Positions 1-14,490 of a stretch of DNA of 38,080 bases are shown piece after piece. The notes beneath the pieces were generated by a model. It was not told where the DNA came from and did not search any database. It worked only from the letters and a program-made list of their open reading frames with translations. Position 1 is the first letter of the stretch. Every line of letters starts with the position of its first letter. Source of the stretch: Callorhinchus milii (lineage: Eukaryota); NCBI RefSeq assembly GCF_018977255.1, contig NW_024705513.1, positions 1-38,080 on the forward strand, in the 5' to 3' direction. Made by a program: the position numbers and the translations under genes.

Positions 1-651
1 GCACATAGCCTGGCACAAGCGCCATGGTGACGTGACCGCCACTTAGTGGCGAATGGCGGTTGTTGTTATTGTTACTGTGTGTCCGGCAAAACAAGAAATG
101 GCACCTCAGCCAGCCATCTCATTGAGTAGCCATTACCAGATCATCAGCAGATGCAACAGGGCTGACCAGCAGGGAAACAGGTCCCTGCGGGGTGGGCTGG
201 TAGGAACGAACAAATGAATGGCTATAAAAAATGAAATGGCGGGGGTACGATACGAAGGGAGAGTTTGAGGCCTAGTTCTAGCCTTAGGCCTAGCTGTAGG
301 CTTTAGGCCGCTGTGAGTTATTTTAAATTAAATTTTAAATAAAAGCTATCTCAGGGAATTATAAGGGAATGTTACACTTGTTTAGCCAGGAAAGCCTCAC
401 TGAGTCTAAAGGGTTTTGTTGGGTCCTGCCAAGTGTTTGCAGTAGGGGGGCGATGTTGCTACACGTAATCGGACATACGGAGGGACGATATAATCTATTG
501 TAGGCTGGTTCACTTCGTTCCTACCAGTATAATCCCTTAACTATAACCAGTCATCGATAAGCAATTATTTTTAACCGCGACGAATGCAATTTATTTATAC
601 GGCCATTGTGAGCTCCTCAAACTACATAATTATTGAAGATGCTATGTAATG

Positions 652-1009
652 TGTAATAAACCCCGTTGAGACGTCGTGAATAGAGAATTCTTTATTCAGT
701 TTCGTTCACAGTTCCACCACATTCGTTCCTCCAGTTCCTTGCTCCTTCACGCTGTTGGCTGACAGCGGAGAGAGACTGGCGGCGGCCCGCCACGTGGCAG
801 GCTCCGGACCACGCATCAGCCACGTGGCTTCTCCGCTCCTTTTAATCCCTGGCCCACGTGATGCCCCGCAGCCAATCTCAGCCACACCCCTGGAACTTTC
901 CCGAAGCTATGTACGGCTCCAGGGCCACGCCCCTAACTCGACTCCCCATTGGTTGCGGGCTGAGGCCGGCAGAGCCCATCATTATATCCAGGTGTAACCT
1001 CACATTACA
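652..1009 (-). mobile_element. solo LTR
   Basis: TGTAAT...ATTACA termini and 4-bp TSD AATG (648-651, 1010-1013). The paralogous empty site at ~8884-8903 reads gctacgtaatgtaatgcat. AATAAA and a TATA-like motif lie on the minus strand. Confidence 0.75.
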
Positions 1010-1439
1010 AATGTAATGCATTGGGCCAGAGTGAATTTCTGTCACAAGCCGAGTTGAACAGGAAATGGTTCCAACTCCTGGTCACGCAGCTTTAGATGGG
1101 CCTGCCCAAATCATAAAAATCCTCAACGAATGTGAGCAGAGGCAGAGACATCGAAATCAAGGAACCCAAAGCACCAAGCCTATTTAGGGTACCATAGGCC
1201 TGCTGTACTCGATAGACAGAAAATACAGCCGCCCCTTGAATATCGTAGGTTACGTTCTTGGAAAATTCCGCGCGACGGCTAAAAACGCGATATTCAATAC
1301 TTAAGCCTTACCCCAAGTAATAGCGTTAGGTAAACGTCAACTAAAATTTACATCACAGTAGAAATACGTACTGTATTCCAAATCAACTAAAAATTAAACA
1401 ATTGAAATAAACATTGGGAAACCGTGTCTCATGCTTTTG

Positions 1440-1850
1440 GTTCAGGTCTAACCAACTTATGGTCACACATGCTGTCTGCTTCTACTCGACCTTGTCCGAA
1501 AAGTCTCCCAAAACTCCACATCCACAAATGGATGTGATTTGTCTCGGGCTCCATTAGTGACTTGGAAGTCAAACCCTAGAGCCTTCACAGGTCACCTTCA
1601 CGAATGGTGACGTTTCCCAGCTGCCATCTTTATTGGGTCCTTGCATCACAAACGATGGGCTTATGGAACTTCAAATTTCACACGTCAATCTCAGACTCTG
1701 CTCCTTGTAGACCTCCTTACACGTGTTTCAGTTTCAAGACAATTCAAAAGGCCTTCCAATTGTACATTAAGTGGTTTTTAATGTGTGTTCCCTGGCAGTT
1801 GTGAAGATTTGATTACTGTGTAAATGCATTCCAAGACAGTGCAGTCGTTA
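1440..1850 (-). pseudogene. heavily degraded last zinc finger and C-terminal tail of the ZNF family
   Basis: 1775-1845 resembles the finger repeat (agatttgattactgtgtaaatgcattcc). ctccacatccacaaa at ~1515 matches the copy A tail at ~3797. Confidence 0.4.
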
Positions 1851-2232
1851 GATTCCGTGGAGGCGAGTTCTGCTCTTGGTGACATCACAAGCCAGAGAGA
1901 GGGGGAGGCCCTGACGTAACCCACTCGTTAATTTGAGGTGACGTCTTCAGAGGGAGCGTCTACATATTTAGGTAAACATGTGGTAAACAAGGTGGGATAT
2001 CAATGCAGACAGATATATCTAAAGTTTTATTTAAATAGAAGTTAAAATTCAATAAAACCTAGGCTAGAATACAAATCTGTAACAAAAATCCACGATGCCT
2101 TCAAATGTGCTCTTTAAAGTACCTCCTTGCGAAAAAACAGATCGGCAGACATCTTTCATTCAACGTTCTCTACACGAAACAAAGGAATGTTTTACACAAA
2201 CTATAAATACCACGGCCTTTTAGGAATGCATG

Positions 2233-2806
2233 TGTAATGGGTTCCGGAGACACTTGTAGAGGTATCTTCTTTATTACAATCAACACTCCAACAGTCCTGA
2301 TACTCTGTTACAGCCTAGGTACACAGCCTAGATACACTACTCTGGCTACGCTCTGGGCTCCTCCGGCTGCAATTACCCTAGGGGAGGCTAATTGACCCGA
2401 CCCAGCCAAGGTGCGGGTCTGGACTCTGGCTTCCTCGGAACTCGCCCTTACAAGGACGTAGAGCCGGGAGTCCCAGAGTCCCACCACTGGCCCTCACAGC
2501 GTCCCGGCCCTTACAAGGACAAGCGGGACGAGGGGGTCCAGGGTCCTAAGCTGGCTGATCTTGGGTCTTGAGCTGCAACTGGCCCCGATCGGCCAGGGAG
2601 CTGCCCTTTTATGCCTCGTCCCCAACGAGGGGTGGGGTTGTGTGCGCCCCCAGATATCCCACAGAGCACGCACAGCCCTCCCCCCGTTGGTGGCGCCAAG
2701 GGGCTTAACTGTTTGGGGTGCCTGGGATCCTAGCGCCTGGCGCCGAGGGCTTATCTGCCTAGGATCCTAGAGCCCCCAGCAGCCCCTCCTCTCTTATGGC
2801 ACTACA
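2233..2806 (-). mobile_element. solo LTR (Gypsy-like)
   Basis: TGTAATG...CACTACA termini and 4-bp TSD CATG (2229-2232, 2807-2810). Minus-strand GCATAAAAG (TATA-like) at ~2610 and AATAAA at ~2272; GC-rich body. Confidence 0.75.
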
Positions 2807-3374
2807 CATGTGTTCAGTACAAGCCACCTGTGGACTGGTTTTGGTGTACAATGTCTCAACAGTCCGGCTTGCTTCAACTGATGTTCATCGGCAAGGTCCA
2901 TTTCAAGTCTCAGTTCGACAAAATGTATACGTAATACAAAATGATAATTAGTGTTCTTGTGGAGAATGTATCTCCTATACGTAACTTATAAGTGGCATAC
3001 CTTAACTGATGAATGATCCGACTATGCTCCCGATTTCAAAGACAATGAGTTGCCCCAGTCAGATGCGTCCTGATTCACAAAAATACCCTTTGACTCGTAT
3101 CACAAAAATAACAGCTCTCACGTGAGTTTTTGTACAGGTTACCACCAAAACAGATACTTTGTCCTGACAGCACATATTCCATGTTTGACATTAATACACA
3201 AAATGTTGTATGTACGTACAAAATCAGACAGGTATTCTTTCAATTATGATTCAAAATAATCAAAGGGCACATTGGCAACATTTTATTACTATACTGAAAT
3301 GTACTGCGTCACGTTGCAACGTATTTACAAGTTGATCTCTGCCGAGATGAGGCCTATATGTGCAGCACTCTCAT

Positions 3375-3560
3375 AGAGGGAAGCCAAGTAGTAGTACATT
3401 CTCTATTTGTTGCAGAGGTTCAAGGTTCAAATCCGACTGGCATATCAATCATCTCCCCGACTTACAAACTCATATCCACATGCAGGCCAGTGAACGGTCA
3501 CCTTGTGGCACACAGGGGCAGATGCCCATTATGGGCACCCATCGAGTGTCTAAGATGAGA
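3375..3560 (+). mobile_element. degenerate tRNA-derived SINE
   Basis: A-box-like AGCCAAGTAG and B-box GGTTCAAATCC (3424-3434); no complete cloverleaf. Paralogue at 20325-20400. Confidence 0.5.
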
Positions 3561-3724
3561 TATGATACAAAACACTTGAGTCACTCCTGGTTAGAGATCG
3601 CCCCAACCCACAGGTTCACAAATACTGGCCACGCTTACACTGCAGTTTGAACCTAGAAATTGAGTGTTCAACTTCACATTATATTCATTAGAAAGGCCTG
3701 TGACAAAGGTGCATCCATTGGAGC

Positions 3725-5725
<2,001 letters not shown>

Positions 5726-6350
5726 CTGCAGAGAGAGCGTCAGCTGCAAACAGAAAAGCATGTCCACACCATCTATGTGAGTATTGAGGCACAGAGGAAT
5801 GCATATATACACAGTCACACATGACTTACACATCTATACATATTCATATTTTCATGATATAGTGAAAGAGATTCCCCAATTCATCACACGGGCTGTTAAG
5901 GCACACAATGCGAGGGCAAATGGTCATAAATATGCCTGGACACCCTAGTGTCTTCAAAATTAATGTTTACCAAAAACTCCAAGCACACAATTTCGGTTGT
6001 CTAGCTACGACAGGAATATTTAAGAAAAAAATTGTTAACCTAGCAAAGGCTTTTGAAAATAATACTATTTGTATTATGCAGAAATGTATAAATTAATGTT
6101 CATTTGCAACTTAGAGGTGTGAAGCCAGGCTCAGATTAGCTTGAATGCGAGGATGAACAGATTTAACTTCAGCTGCATATGTGCTGTGTTAATTTCCTGA
6201 CTGTTTCCATTCTTATGAAAATTTCCAAAGCAAAACTAAAATAAACTATATTTATGATTTAACCTCCATGTTCAATCGAGTCAATATACTTGACAGCAAA
6301 TACAAACTTCACATGTTCATACACTTGCATGGTAAAAAGGTGGTTAAATT

Positions 6351-6440
6351 TTGACTTAAAACTTTCGTGACTGCAGGAATTAATATTCTTTGGTTATTTC
6401 GGTAAAGTCAAGTAGATAGAAAATAATAATACAAATAAAG
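6351..6440 (-). mobile_element. diverged Penelope pseudo-LTR 3' remnant
   Basis: ctttcgtgactgcaggaat...tttcggtaaagtca matches 36578-36660. Confidence 0.7.
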
Positions 6441-6501
6441 TGAATAGAAGAAAAAAAACGACTAATGTAGACTGTAGCCTGGTTCTTAACCTCGGTGAGC
6501 G

Positions 6502-8163
6502 CAGAGGCGTAGCTAGGATATTTTGCGCCCAGGGACGAACTATAAAATTGGCGCCCCCCCCCCGTTTAATCACATTTTCCTATTACATCGAATAAGGAAT
6601 AACAATTTTAATGAAACATTGTATATAAAGAAGCAAATTTATAGAAATTATATTACATGGCTCACTCAGTCACTGTCGTAGACTGGTTGACATAGTCTAC
6701 AAAAGATTATTTTTTCTTGATTTCACTGTCGCAAACTGGTCAATCACGTAATCAAAATATGTTTTTTCCAATGTTTTTCTTTCAACGCTAAGAAGAGCAA
6801 GATCGCTGAGACGATCTTGTCCCATTGAAGCACGCAAATACGACAAAATAAGTTTCAATTTGCTGAACGACCGCTCACAGCTTGCAATTGAAACTGCTAC
6901 TGTTAATAAAATTTGCAGTGAAATTCGCAAATTCGGAAATATGTCGTCTCCATAAAACACAATAAAACCAAGAAGATCCAAAGGAGTTTCTGGTAGAACT
7001 TAATTCCGGTTACCGAGCAGCATTTTGCAATCTCCAAATTCTGTGAAAAGTTCGTGGCCATTGATGTCGGTGTCATAGAAATTTCCAAAATCTGTGCAAT
7101 TTCGACGAATTGCATCGACATCTGTGCCAGTTCTCCCGGCATCTTCCGACGTCACCTAATTCTTCTGTCCACATCGATCCCCCAGGCTGTGCATCTTGTT
7201 TTGGCGTTTTTTACAGCAACTTGGCTCAAATCATCACGAAGCTGGACAAATTCATGCTCCAAAGATTCAAGATCAGTTGCTGCTTCCTTGAAATTCATAG
7301 TAGGACCCTGTAAGCGCTTCTGAACACGATACATTTTTCCAAGAATGACATTCCAGAAATGTAATAAAACTATGAAGTAAAAATTTAATACGCATGCCTG
7401 TAACTGTTCTGCATCACTTCTGGTTTCAGGCGTCATAGTTACGTCCTCCGACAATTTGTCTAGCAGCCCTACTAGTTCATCCATTCCTTCATAGAGAGCT
7501 TTAACAGCTTCTGATCGTGCACTCCAGCGTGTTTCAGACTCCCGCTTTACTGTGATGGGCACAGCTTTTTTTAACTCTTCCCAACGAATTGTTGAACGAG
7601 AGAAAAATATATACTTTCAACTGTTCCAAAAAACGTGACGACAAGTGGATCCTGTTTAGCTGAGTGTACTCCTGCTAAGTTTAAGCTGTGGTTGTCACAG
7701 TTGACAAACAATGCTCTGTGATTTTTGTCACATATTCGTTGTTGAAGGCCGGATATATGCCCAGTCATCACAGCAGCATTGTGATAACATTGTGCCCGAC
7801 AGTCGGCTAGAGGTATGTTGTCAAATTTCAGTATCTCGACGATGACTCTTTCTAGGCTTGCTGCATCTTTTGCATGTATCTCGATATAACCTAAAAATGA
7901 TTTTTTGATAGTTACTTTTTTAGTTTGAAAATCCACATCCACAAATCTTATGACCTGAGAAAATGTAATTACATGCAATGTAGGCTGTGTGTGGCGGGAT
8001 ATATAAACTTTTAGGTTGAGGTGTAGATTTGCGCAGTAGTTTCAGGCTGCCGCGCCCGCCGCAATAAGTGATAATGTAACGTTGTAAGCCTCATTTAGGC
8101 GCCCCTTTACCTTGGCGCCCGGGGACATATGTACCCCCCTGCCCCCCCCTAGCTACGCCTCTG
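6502..8163 (-). mobile_element. hAT DNA transposon (Tip100/ZMYM1-like), internally deleted
   Basis: 16-bp TIR CAGAGGCGTAGCTAGG / CCTAGCTACGCCTCTG and 8-bp TSD GGTGAGCG (6494-6501, 8164-8171). Confidence 0.95.
6697..7978 (-). pseudogene. hAT transposase fragment, frameshifted, N-terminus missing
   Basis: Motifs CDNHSLNL, SETRWSAR and the hAT C-terminal dimerisation domain SIASCERSFSKLKLILSYLRASMGQDRLSDLALLSVE. Confidence 0.9.
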
Positions 8164-8534
8164 GGTGAGCGTACTGGCAGTCTATAATGTAGACTGTAGC
8201 CTGGTTCTTAACCTCGGTGAGTGTATTGGCAGTCTATAATGTAGACTATTGCCTGTTTTTTGACGAGACCTTTGCAATGGACTAGACCTTGGTGATGGAC
8301 ACTCACAGCTTTGTACGTAAAAAAAGTCCAGGCAGCTTCCACATAGTGTTACAGAGCCTAATGAAAGAATGCTGCTAGACCAATTTGAAGTGAGACTTTG
8401 GATGCCAAACCAAAGCTGGTCGTGAACACATTAACCAGGTATAGGAGCTCCTCCACCACGTGTAGAACGACCTGATTATTCATGGAGAGCTGAGCAGGTG
8501 CAGTGCTGTATGACATTAAATTCCCAGGGAGGTG

Positions 8535-8625
8535 TTCTTTGGGTCTTTCGGTAAAGTCACGTCACTTAACCGAAAGACCCAAAGAATATGAATTCCTGCA
8601 GTTACGAAAGCTTTAAGTCAAGATT
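8535..8625 (+). mobile_element. miniature Penelope pseudo-LTR insertion (hairpin + tail)
   Basis: 14-bp TSD TTCCCAGGGAGGTG (8521-8534, 8626-8639). Hairpin ttctttgggtctttcggt / accgaaagacccaaagaa. Tail matches 12100-12138. Confidence 0.8.
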
Positions 8626-10810
8626 TTCCCAGGGAGGTGATCTTTTTGTAGAACATATGCAAGGCCCCATTTCGTCATGGAATTCTCCAGGTACAGAACA
8701 CGATTCTCCAACTCAATATCATTGAGTAGCCATGACCAGATCATCAACATGCGTAACATGGTTGACCAGCAGGGGAAAATCCCTTGACTATAACCAGACA
8801 TTGATTAGCGTATCATTGTTACTGTATCAAATGCATTTTTTATAGGGTCGTTGTGAGCTTCTCAAAACACAACTATTTGAAAATGCTACGTAATGTAATG
8901 CATGCGGCTAGAGGGAATTTCGGCCACAAGCCAAATTGAACAAGAAAGGGATCCGACTCCTGGTCACGCAACTTTAGATGGGCCAGCCAAAAATCATAAA
9001 AATCCTCAACGATTGTGAGAAGAGGCAGAGACATCGAAAACCAAAACAAACCAAAACCCCAAGCCTCTTTATGGTACTATAGGCTGTAATTACACCAAGA
9101 AAGCAGAGATCTAGTTTCTGCTGAAAATCCGTACTCCTGTACTATAGCTGATGGACAAAAAATACAGCAGCCCCTTGAATAGCGTGGAGGTTACATTCTT
9201 GGAAAGTGCCGTGCGAAAGCTAAAATGCCGATATTTAACATTTAAGCCTGACCTAAATAATGGGGTTAGGTAAACGGCATATAAAATATACATTACAATT
9301 GAAATAAGTACTGTACTGTATTCCCAATAAACTAAATTACTGAAATAAATGTGGAGAAACCGTATACAAAACATTCCAAGATGAGTTTAAATGTATATAA
9401 ATAAAGCAGACTTTGTGTTTTTTTGAGAACCAAATTGCGCCAACACTATGAAACAAACACATCAAAAATTCCATGCGTACTCAAGGGTAAGTTATGTTTT
9501 TCACACAATTTTTAGCTTACCTGTTCACCATCAACACCTGTAACACCTGCACACTCCAACACCCCGCCGCTGCTATATTTTTCTCATTTACCACATTATC
9601 CTTACATATTATCAGGCCTGCATTTTTGCCACAAAATTAATTAACTTCCAGGTCCTTATTGTCCTCTCTGCACACGCACGGCTCACCTATAATATACTGT
9701 AATATTTCATCATGGAACCTTTTCCAGTACTAAAATATGAGAATAGGTTTTCCCCGTTTTTCTGGCAACAAAACAGGTGTTAAGATGTTAAAACACCAAA
9801 TTGAAACCTTTAACAAGGAATCATGTGTGCATTAACCACAATACTTGTGGTCAGAATGCAAACAAAAACACTCTGATAGAAAATGCATGGTCTGCTGCTG
9901 AGGCAGACTGTTTTAGAAGGTTTGAAATGGGTGTAGCCCAAGGGTCATAAAGAAGTGGCCGGGGCAAGTGATGTTAATGTAATAAATTAGCATGTTAATG
10001 TGAAATCGAAAAGTGGTGCAATCCAAAGCGGCCTCCCTACAAGACAGAGAAGGAGCGAGGCTCTACCTGGGTAAACAACAACTACCACCACGACAACGAT
10101 GTGAACTTCTCACTTCGGATCTCAGTGAGCGCGCACGAAAATAAATCACGTTTGCTAACACAGAGCGCATGCCCGGGATACACTGCCGAGATCATCGATG
10201 ACCTTGCCGCCGAGAAAGTTCAGCAGCATCTGACAAGCACAACGGGGTGTCAGCCAGATGCGAACTGCCCATATCCCCCATTTAGCACCCTTGCCGAGCA
10301 CGCGCACGTGTGTGTGAGAGATTTGCTCGCGAGCGTGCGGAATTCCGACGGCTGGGACGGGATAGCACCATTGCAAGTCTTCTTCCAGAGGAGGAGGTGA
10401 GGGGGGGGGGACGAGGGAGCCTCCGGGACCCCGTGAGACAACCCCAGGATGGGTGGCAGGGATACAGACCGGTATAGAGATAACGCAGGCCATGCGACCC
10501 AAGTACGCGAGGAGGTAACCCAAGTACACCTGAATGTGACCAAGCTGCAGTCTACAGCGGAGATAGTCCAGTCCGAGGTGGGAGGGCTACGCTCCATGGT
10601 CGGGGGGCTAACCAGGCGAGTGTCTCAATAAGAGGCAGAACTCGAACAAATGCGCACTGGGAGGGTAAGGGGAAGTAGGCAAGGGGCCTCTTATGGAGCC
10701 ACCGCCCTTCCCGTGCGTGCTATCTATGCGACCAATGGGGGCATCTCGTGAGAGACTGTCACCAGATCGCCCGTGCGAGAGAAGCACCAGGGTTAAACAC
10801 CAAGGCCTCC

Positions 10811-12138
10811 TCTTCTTGGTTCTTTCGGTAAAGTCACGTAGAAGGGAAGTAATAAAATAATAAAAATAAAACATAATAAAATAATTCTCACGACGTTTCG
10901 GCCACAACGCAAGCAGCCGTCCTCAGGTGAAGAACATGTCTGTCGATAAGACAGAGTCTACTAAATGACACGTCTTAGGCTTGGAGTGTCTATTTAAGCT
11001 GTGAAGGAGGAGGAAGAGAGCCTTGACAAAAGAATTTGCATTTGAAGAGGAATTTAGCATATTTATGGGAAATTCAGGAATGCGAAGTGCTAATTGTGAA
11101 ATGCGTGGGAGGTGGGCGGGGGGTTTTCAAAGTCCTATTATGCCCATGCATTATGCAGGATTAACAGCATCAAAGGGAGGGGGCAGGGGCAGCACCAACA
11201 AAGGGAAGGAATGTGAATAGTATGCAGCTGCAGCAACCACGTAAAAAACTAAAGTATAAACTTCATAGTATCATCAGTATACTAAATATACTCTCTAATA
11301 AGCTGAGCTACTAACAGTAAGTAATACATTACAATTCTATGTCGCAAAAAATATAATATGCTTCCAGCTAAACTTTTTTCCTTACATCAAACAGGTCTGA
11401 CCCGTACTATATGCTGCCATAGACAAACCAACATTAAATTATATACTGTATTACTATACACCACCCTAAACCTTATACATTGTAATATTACACTATGTAT
11501 TATTCTACCCACCTAATGTATATCACACTGCTATATATTCACTATACAATTACGATACTATATATTACTTTGTACATTGTATTAAGGATATAAATGTTAT
11601 GCTATTTGTTATTATACACTGTACCATTGACCGTCGTGTGAAAGATACTAAGAGGCAGCAACGAAATATGAGAATGGGAGAGTAGCAGAGCAAAGAATCC
11701 ATTCCCTGCATAACATTTATATGCTTAATACAATGTACAATGTAATATATAGTATCGTAATTGTATAGTGAATATATAGCAGTGTGATATACATTAGGGT
11801 GGGTAGAATAATACATAGTGTAATATAACAATGTATAAGGTGGTGTATAGTAATACAGTATATAATTTAATGTTGGGTTTGTCTATGGCAGCATATAGTA
11901 CGGGTTAGACCTGTTTGATGTAAGGAAAAAAGTTTAGCTGGAAGCATATTATATTTTTTGCGACATAGAATTGTAATGTATTACTTACTGTTAGTAGCTC
12001 AGCTTGCGTTGTGGCCGAAACGTCGTGAGAATTATTTTATTATGTTTTATTTTTATTATTTTATTACTTCCTTCTACGTGACTTTACCGAAAGAACCAAG
12101 AAGATGAATCCCTGCAGTCACGAAAGCTTTAAATCGAA
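10811..12138. mobile_element. non-coding Penelope-derived fold-back insertion (two inverted 3' UTR/pseudo-LTR arms)
   Basis: 12-bp TSD ACCAAGGCCTCC (10799-10810, 12139-12150). 11300-11602 is inverted at 11709-12005 and 10811-10913 is inverted at ~12002-12104. Arms match the Penelope 3' UTR at 37700-38080. Confidence 0.85.
10885..10934 (-). ncRNA. minimal type-I hammerhead ribozyme
   Basis: Minus strand reads TCAC-CTGAGGA-C-GGCTGC-TTGCGTT-GTGGCC-GAA-ACGT-C-GTGA: CUGANGA and GAAA core boxes, stem I TCAC/GTGA, 6-bp stem II and a GUC cleavage triplet. Confidence 0.8.
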
Positions 12139-13078
12139 ACCAAGGCCTCCCTAAAGAGGTTGACCACGGAGGGGTGCAATTGACGTGGCCCAACACAAAT
12201 AAACTGTCGTGATAATGGTGAGCGAATGACCCCACGCAGATGCCGACAACAACACCCCAGAATGCGGCGACTGCGGGTGACTGGCTGTGGGAGCTGGTGG
12301 CAGGAATAATGGGGGCCACGTCGCTTGTGGAAGGGCAGGTGAACAGGTGGCGTACCCAGATTCTGCTGGACACGGGGGCAGTAACGTCACTGGTGAGTGC
12401 AACACACGGCAGCGTAGTCGGGGTTGACGTGGGCCGCCTACAGGCCCGGATCGTGCGCTGCACACTGCAAGTGGAAGTGGGATGGGACTGCTGGGGAGGG
12501 TCACCCTTAAGGGTCGCTTCGGACACCAGGTGTGTAACCAGGAGTTATACGTGTCGAGCGTGTTATGCCACGAGTGTATTGCAGGTACCGACCTCCTGGG
12601 AAAGTTGGGGCTCAGCGTGCAGCCACCGTGGAGGGCAGCGGGGAGCGGATTCCTTTCTTGGGACAAGAGCCGGGTTGCCCTCGCTTCAAGCCCGTGGCTG
12701 CTATCCTGGCGTCGGCCGTCACCGTCGGCATTGGTGTTCCACTGGGTTTTCCGTTTTTCTCCCAAACCTAAACTCAAAATATATTTGGTGGTGGTCAAAC
12801 AGTCCAATGCAGGACCCTCCTGAAACATAATTTTTAACTGCTAAGTAAGAAATTAAATTGGAAACCCTCAAACACAGTACGCTATTTTTATTTTACCAGG
12901 TGAGGCCCACTGAGCTGCATAGTTCTTTTTCAGAATCGACCTGGACACAAATGATAGCTCAACTTAGTGGCTTATAATATGGAAATGTTTTGCAGCCAAA
13001 TTCTCAAAATGCATGTTTCTAAATGTGGAGAAAAATCAATGCCACTACAGGGAGAGAAAGAAAAGAAAAAAAAATTAA

Positions 13079-13168
13079 ACTCCAATTATAAATGCGTCAG
13101 CGTTGGACTCGAACCCACGACATCCTGCATACCATGTGAGGTAGTTAACATCTCGCCACCACAGCACA
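13079..13168 (-). mobile_element. tRNA-derived head of a V-SINE-like element, truncated
   Basis: Minus-strand B-box GGTTCGAGTCC; homologous to 14322-14410. Confidence 0.6.
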
Positions 13169-13384
13169 ATACATCACACACACACATTACAATGAACACA
13201 CTGACTCCCTCTCCCTGTACACACTCTACACGCGTGACTCACTCGCAAGCACTCGCCCCAAGCGCACCTCTCAGCTGCTGTCCCCAACTCCTCTCTCCGG
13301 TCTGCTCTTGGTGACGTCACCCGCCAGACAGAAGGGGGGAGCCGACTCTGAGGGTGACGTCACCGCACAACACGGCCGCTCCCA

Positions 13385-13566
13385 CACAACACACACGGGG
13401 GTACACTCACACACAGTAGAGTACTCTCACACAGAGTACTCTAATACAGAGTAAACACACGGAGTACACTCGCACACACGGGGTAATCTCACACACGCAG
13501 AGTACACTCACGCACGTAGTTTACGCTTGCGGAGTACACCAACACAAATGAGTACACTCACTCACA
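13385..13566. repeat. imperfect minisatellite with GAGTACACTCACAC-type units
   Basis: Repeated gagtacactc / acacac units. Confidence 0.6.
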
Positions 13567-13752
13567 GTATTTGTTTTTCTTAGGGTCCTTCGATTTTTTC
13601 CCTCCACATTTAGTAACATGCATTTAGATTATTTGGCTGCTACAATCTGCCACGTGAAAACCCATTTCGTTGATCTATCATATATGGCCAAGTGGCTTCT
13701 GACAAAAGATCTAACAGCTCTGTGAGCCTTGGTTGGTAATATAAAAATAGTT

Positions 13753-14212
13753 TACACCATTTGCCAGTAAAAAATATAATTGTTTTTTTAACCCTTTTAT
13801 CTGGCAACAAAACTGACACCTTTTTTTACGAGGAGTCATGTTTGCATAGACCACAATACCTGCAGTCATAATGCAAACAAAAAACATAACTTTGATAATG
13901 TATGCACTGTCCTTAAAGTAGATTGGTCCACACCCGAGACAGCTTTCCTTAGAGCCTAGTCTCACATGGTGTTGGACCAGATGACGCCAAAAGGCGCACA
14001 ACTCAAAGACAATGCACCATCAGAGAGAGAGACTAGGCTCTAAGGAAAGCTGTCTCGGGTGTAGACTAATCAACTTCAAGGACAGTGCATACCTTATCAG
14101 AGTTATGTTTTTTTTGCATTATGACTGCAGGTATTGTGATCTATGCAAACATGACTCCTCGTAAAAAGGAGTCAGTTTTGTTGCCAGATAAAAGGGTAAA
14201 AAAACAATTATC
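13753..14212 (-). mobile_element. fold-back insertion, family 2
   Basis: 12-bp TSD ATAAAAATAGTT (13741-13752, 14213-14224). Arms ~13776-13963 and 14029-14211, with an unpaired tail on the left. Confidence 0.8.
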
Positions 14213-14319
14213 ATAAAAATAGTTGTTCATCGGTCTAAAGGGTGCATCAGCAAAACCAACCCGGCAGAACGCTCCTGAATTAGAGTCCTGAGACTCATTG
14301 TGGTCATGTACTCGAGTGT

Positions 14320-14490
14320 GCACCATGGTGGCTGGGAGATGTTAACTGCCTCTCCTGGAATACAGGAGGTGGTGGGTTCGATCCCGACCCCTCCTGTATA
14401 TTTGGAGTTTGCGTGTCTCTCTCTCTCTCCCCGTGGTCGCGTGGATTTTCCTCCGGATCCTCAGGGTTTTCCCCTCCATATTAAGAGTCA
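14320..14490 (+). mobile_element. V-SINE-like element
   Basis: B-box GGTTCGATCCC (14375-14385) followed by ggagtttgcgtgt...ctccccgtggtcgcgtggattttcctccgg, resembling the V-domain of HE1/DANA/Lam1 SINEs. Headless paralogue at 31023-31090. Confidence 0.65.

Larger units (their letters stand above)
10136..12770 (+). mobile_element. Gypsy-like LTR retrotransposon gag-protease fragment, interrupted by a Penelope-derived insertion
   Basis: Retropepsin motif ILLDTGAVTSLVS (~12360), followed in another frame by ECIAGTDLLGKLG. GC-rich gag-like sequence lies upstream. No RT or integrase seen. Confidence 0.65.

Noticed and set aside
3380..3445. Possible tRNA genes here and at 13085-13165, 14325-14390 and 20330-20395
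   Set aside because: A and B boxes are present but acceptor and anticodon stems do not pair properly; better explained as SINE heads.
12002..12030. Third hammerhead copy
   Set aside because: The CUGAGGA box and most of the 5' strand of stem II are deleted; only the GAAACGTC half remains.
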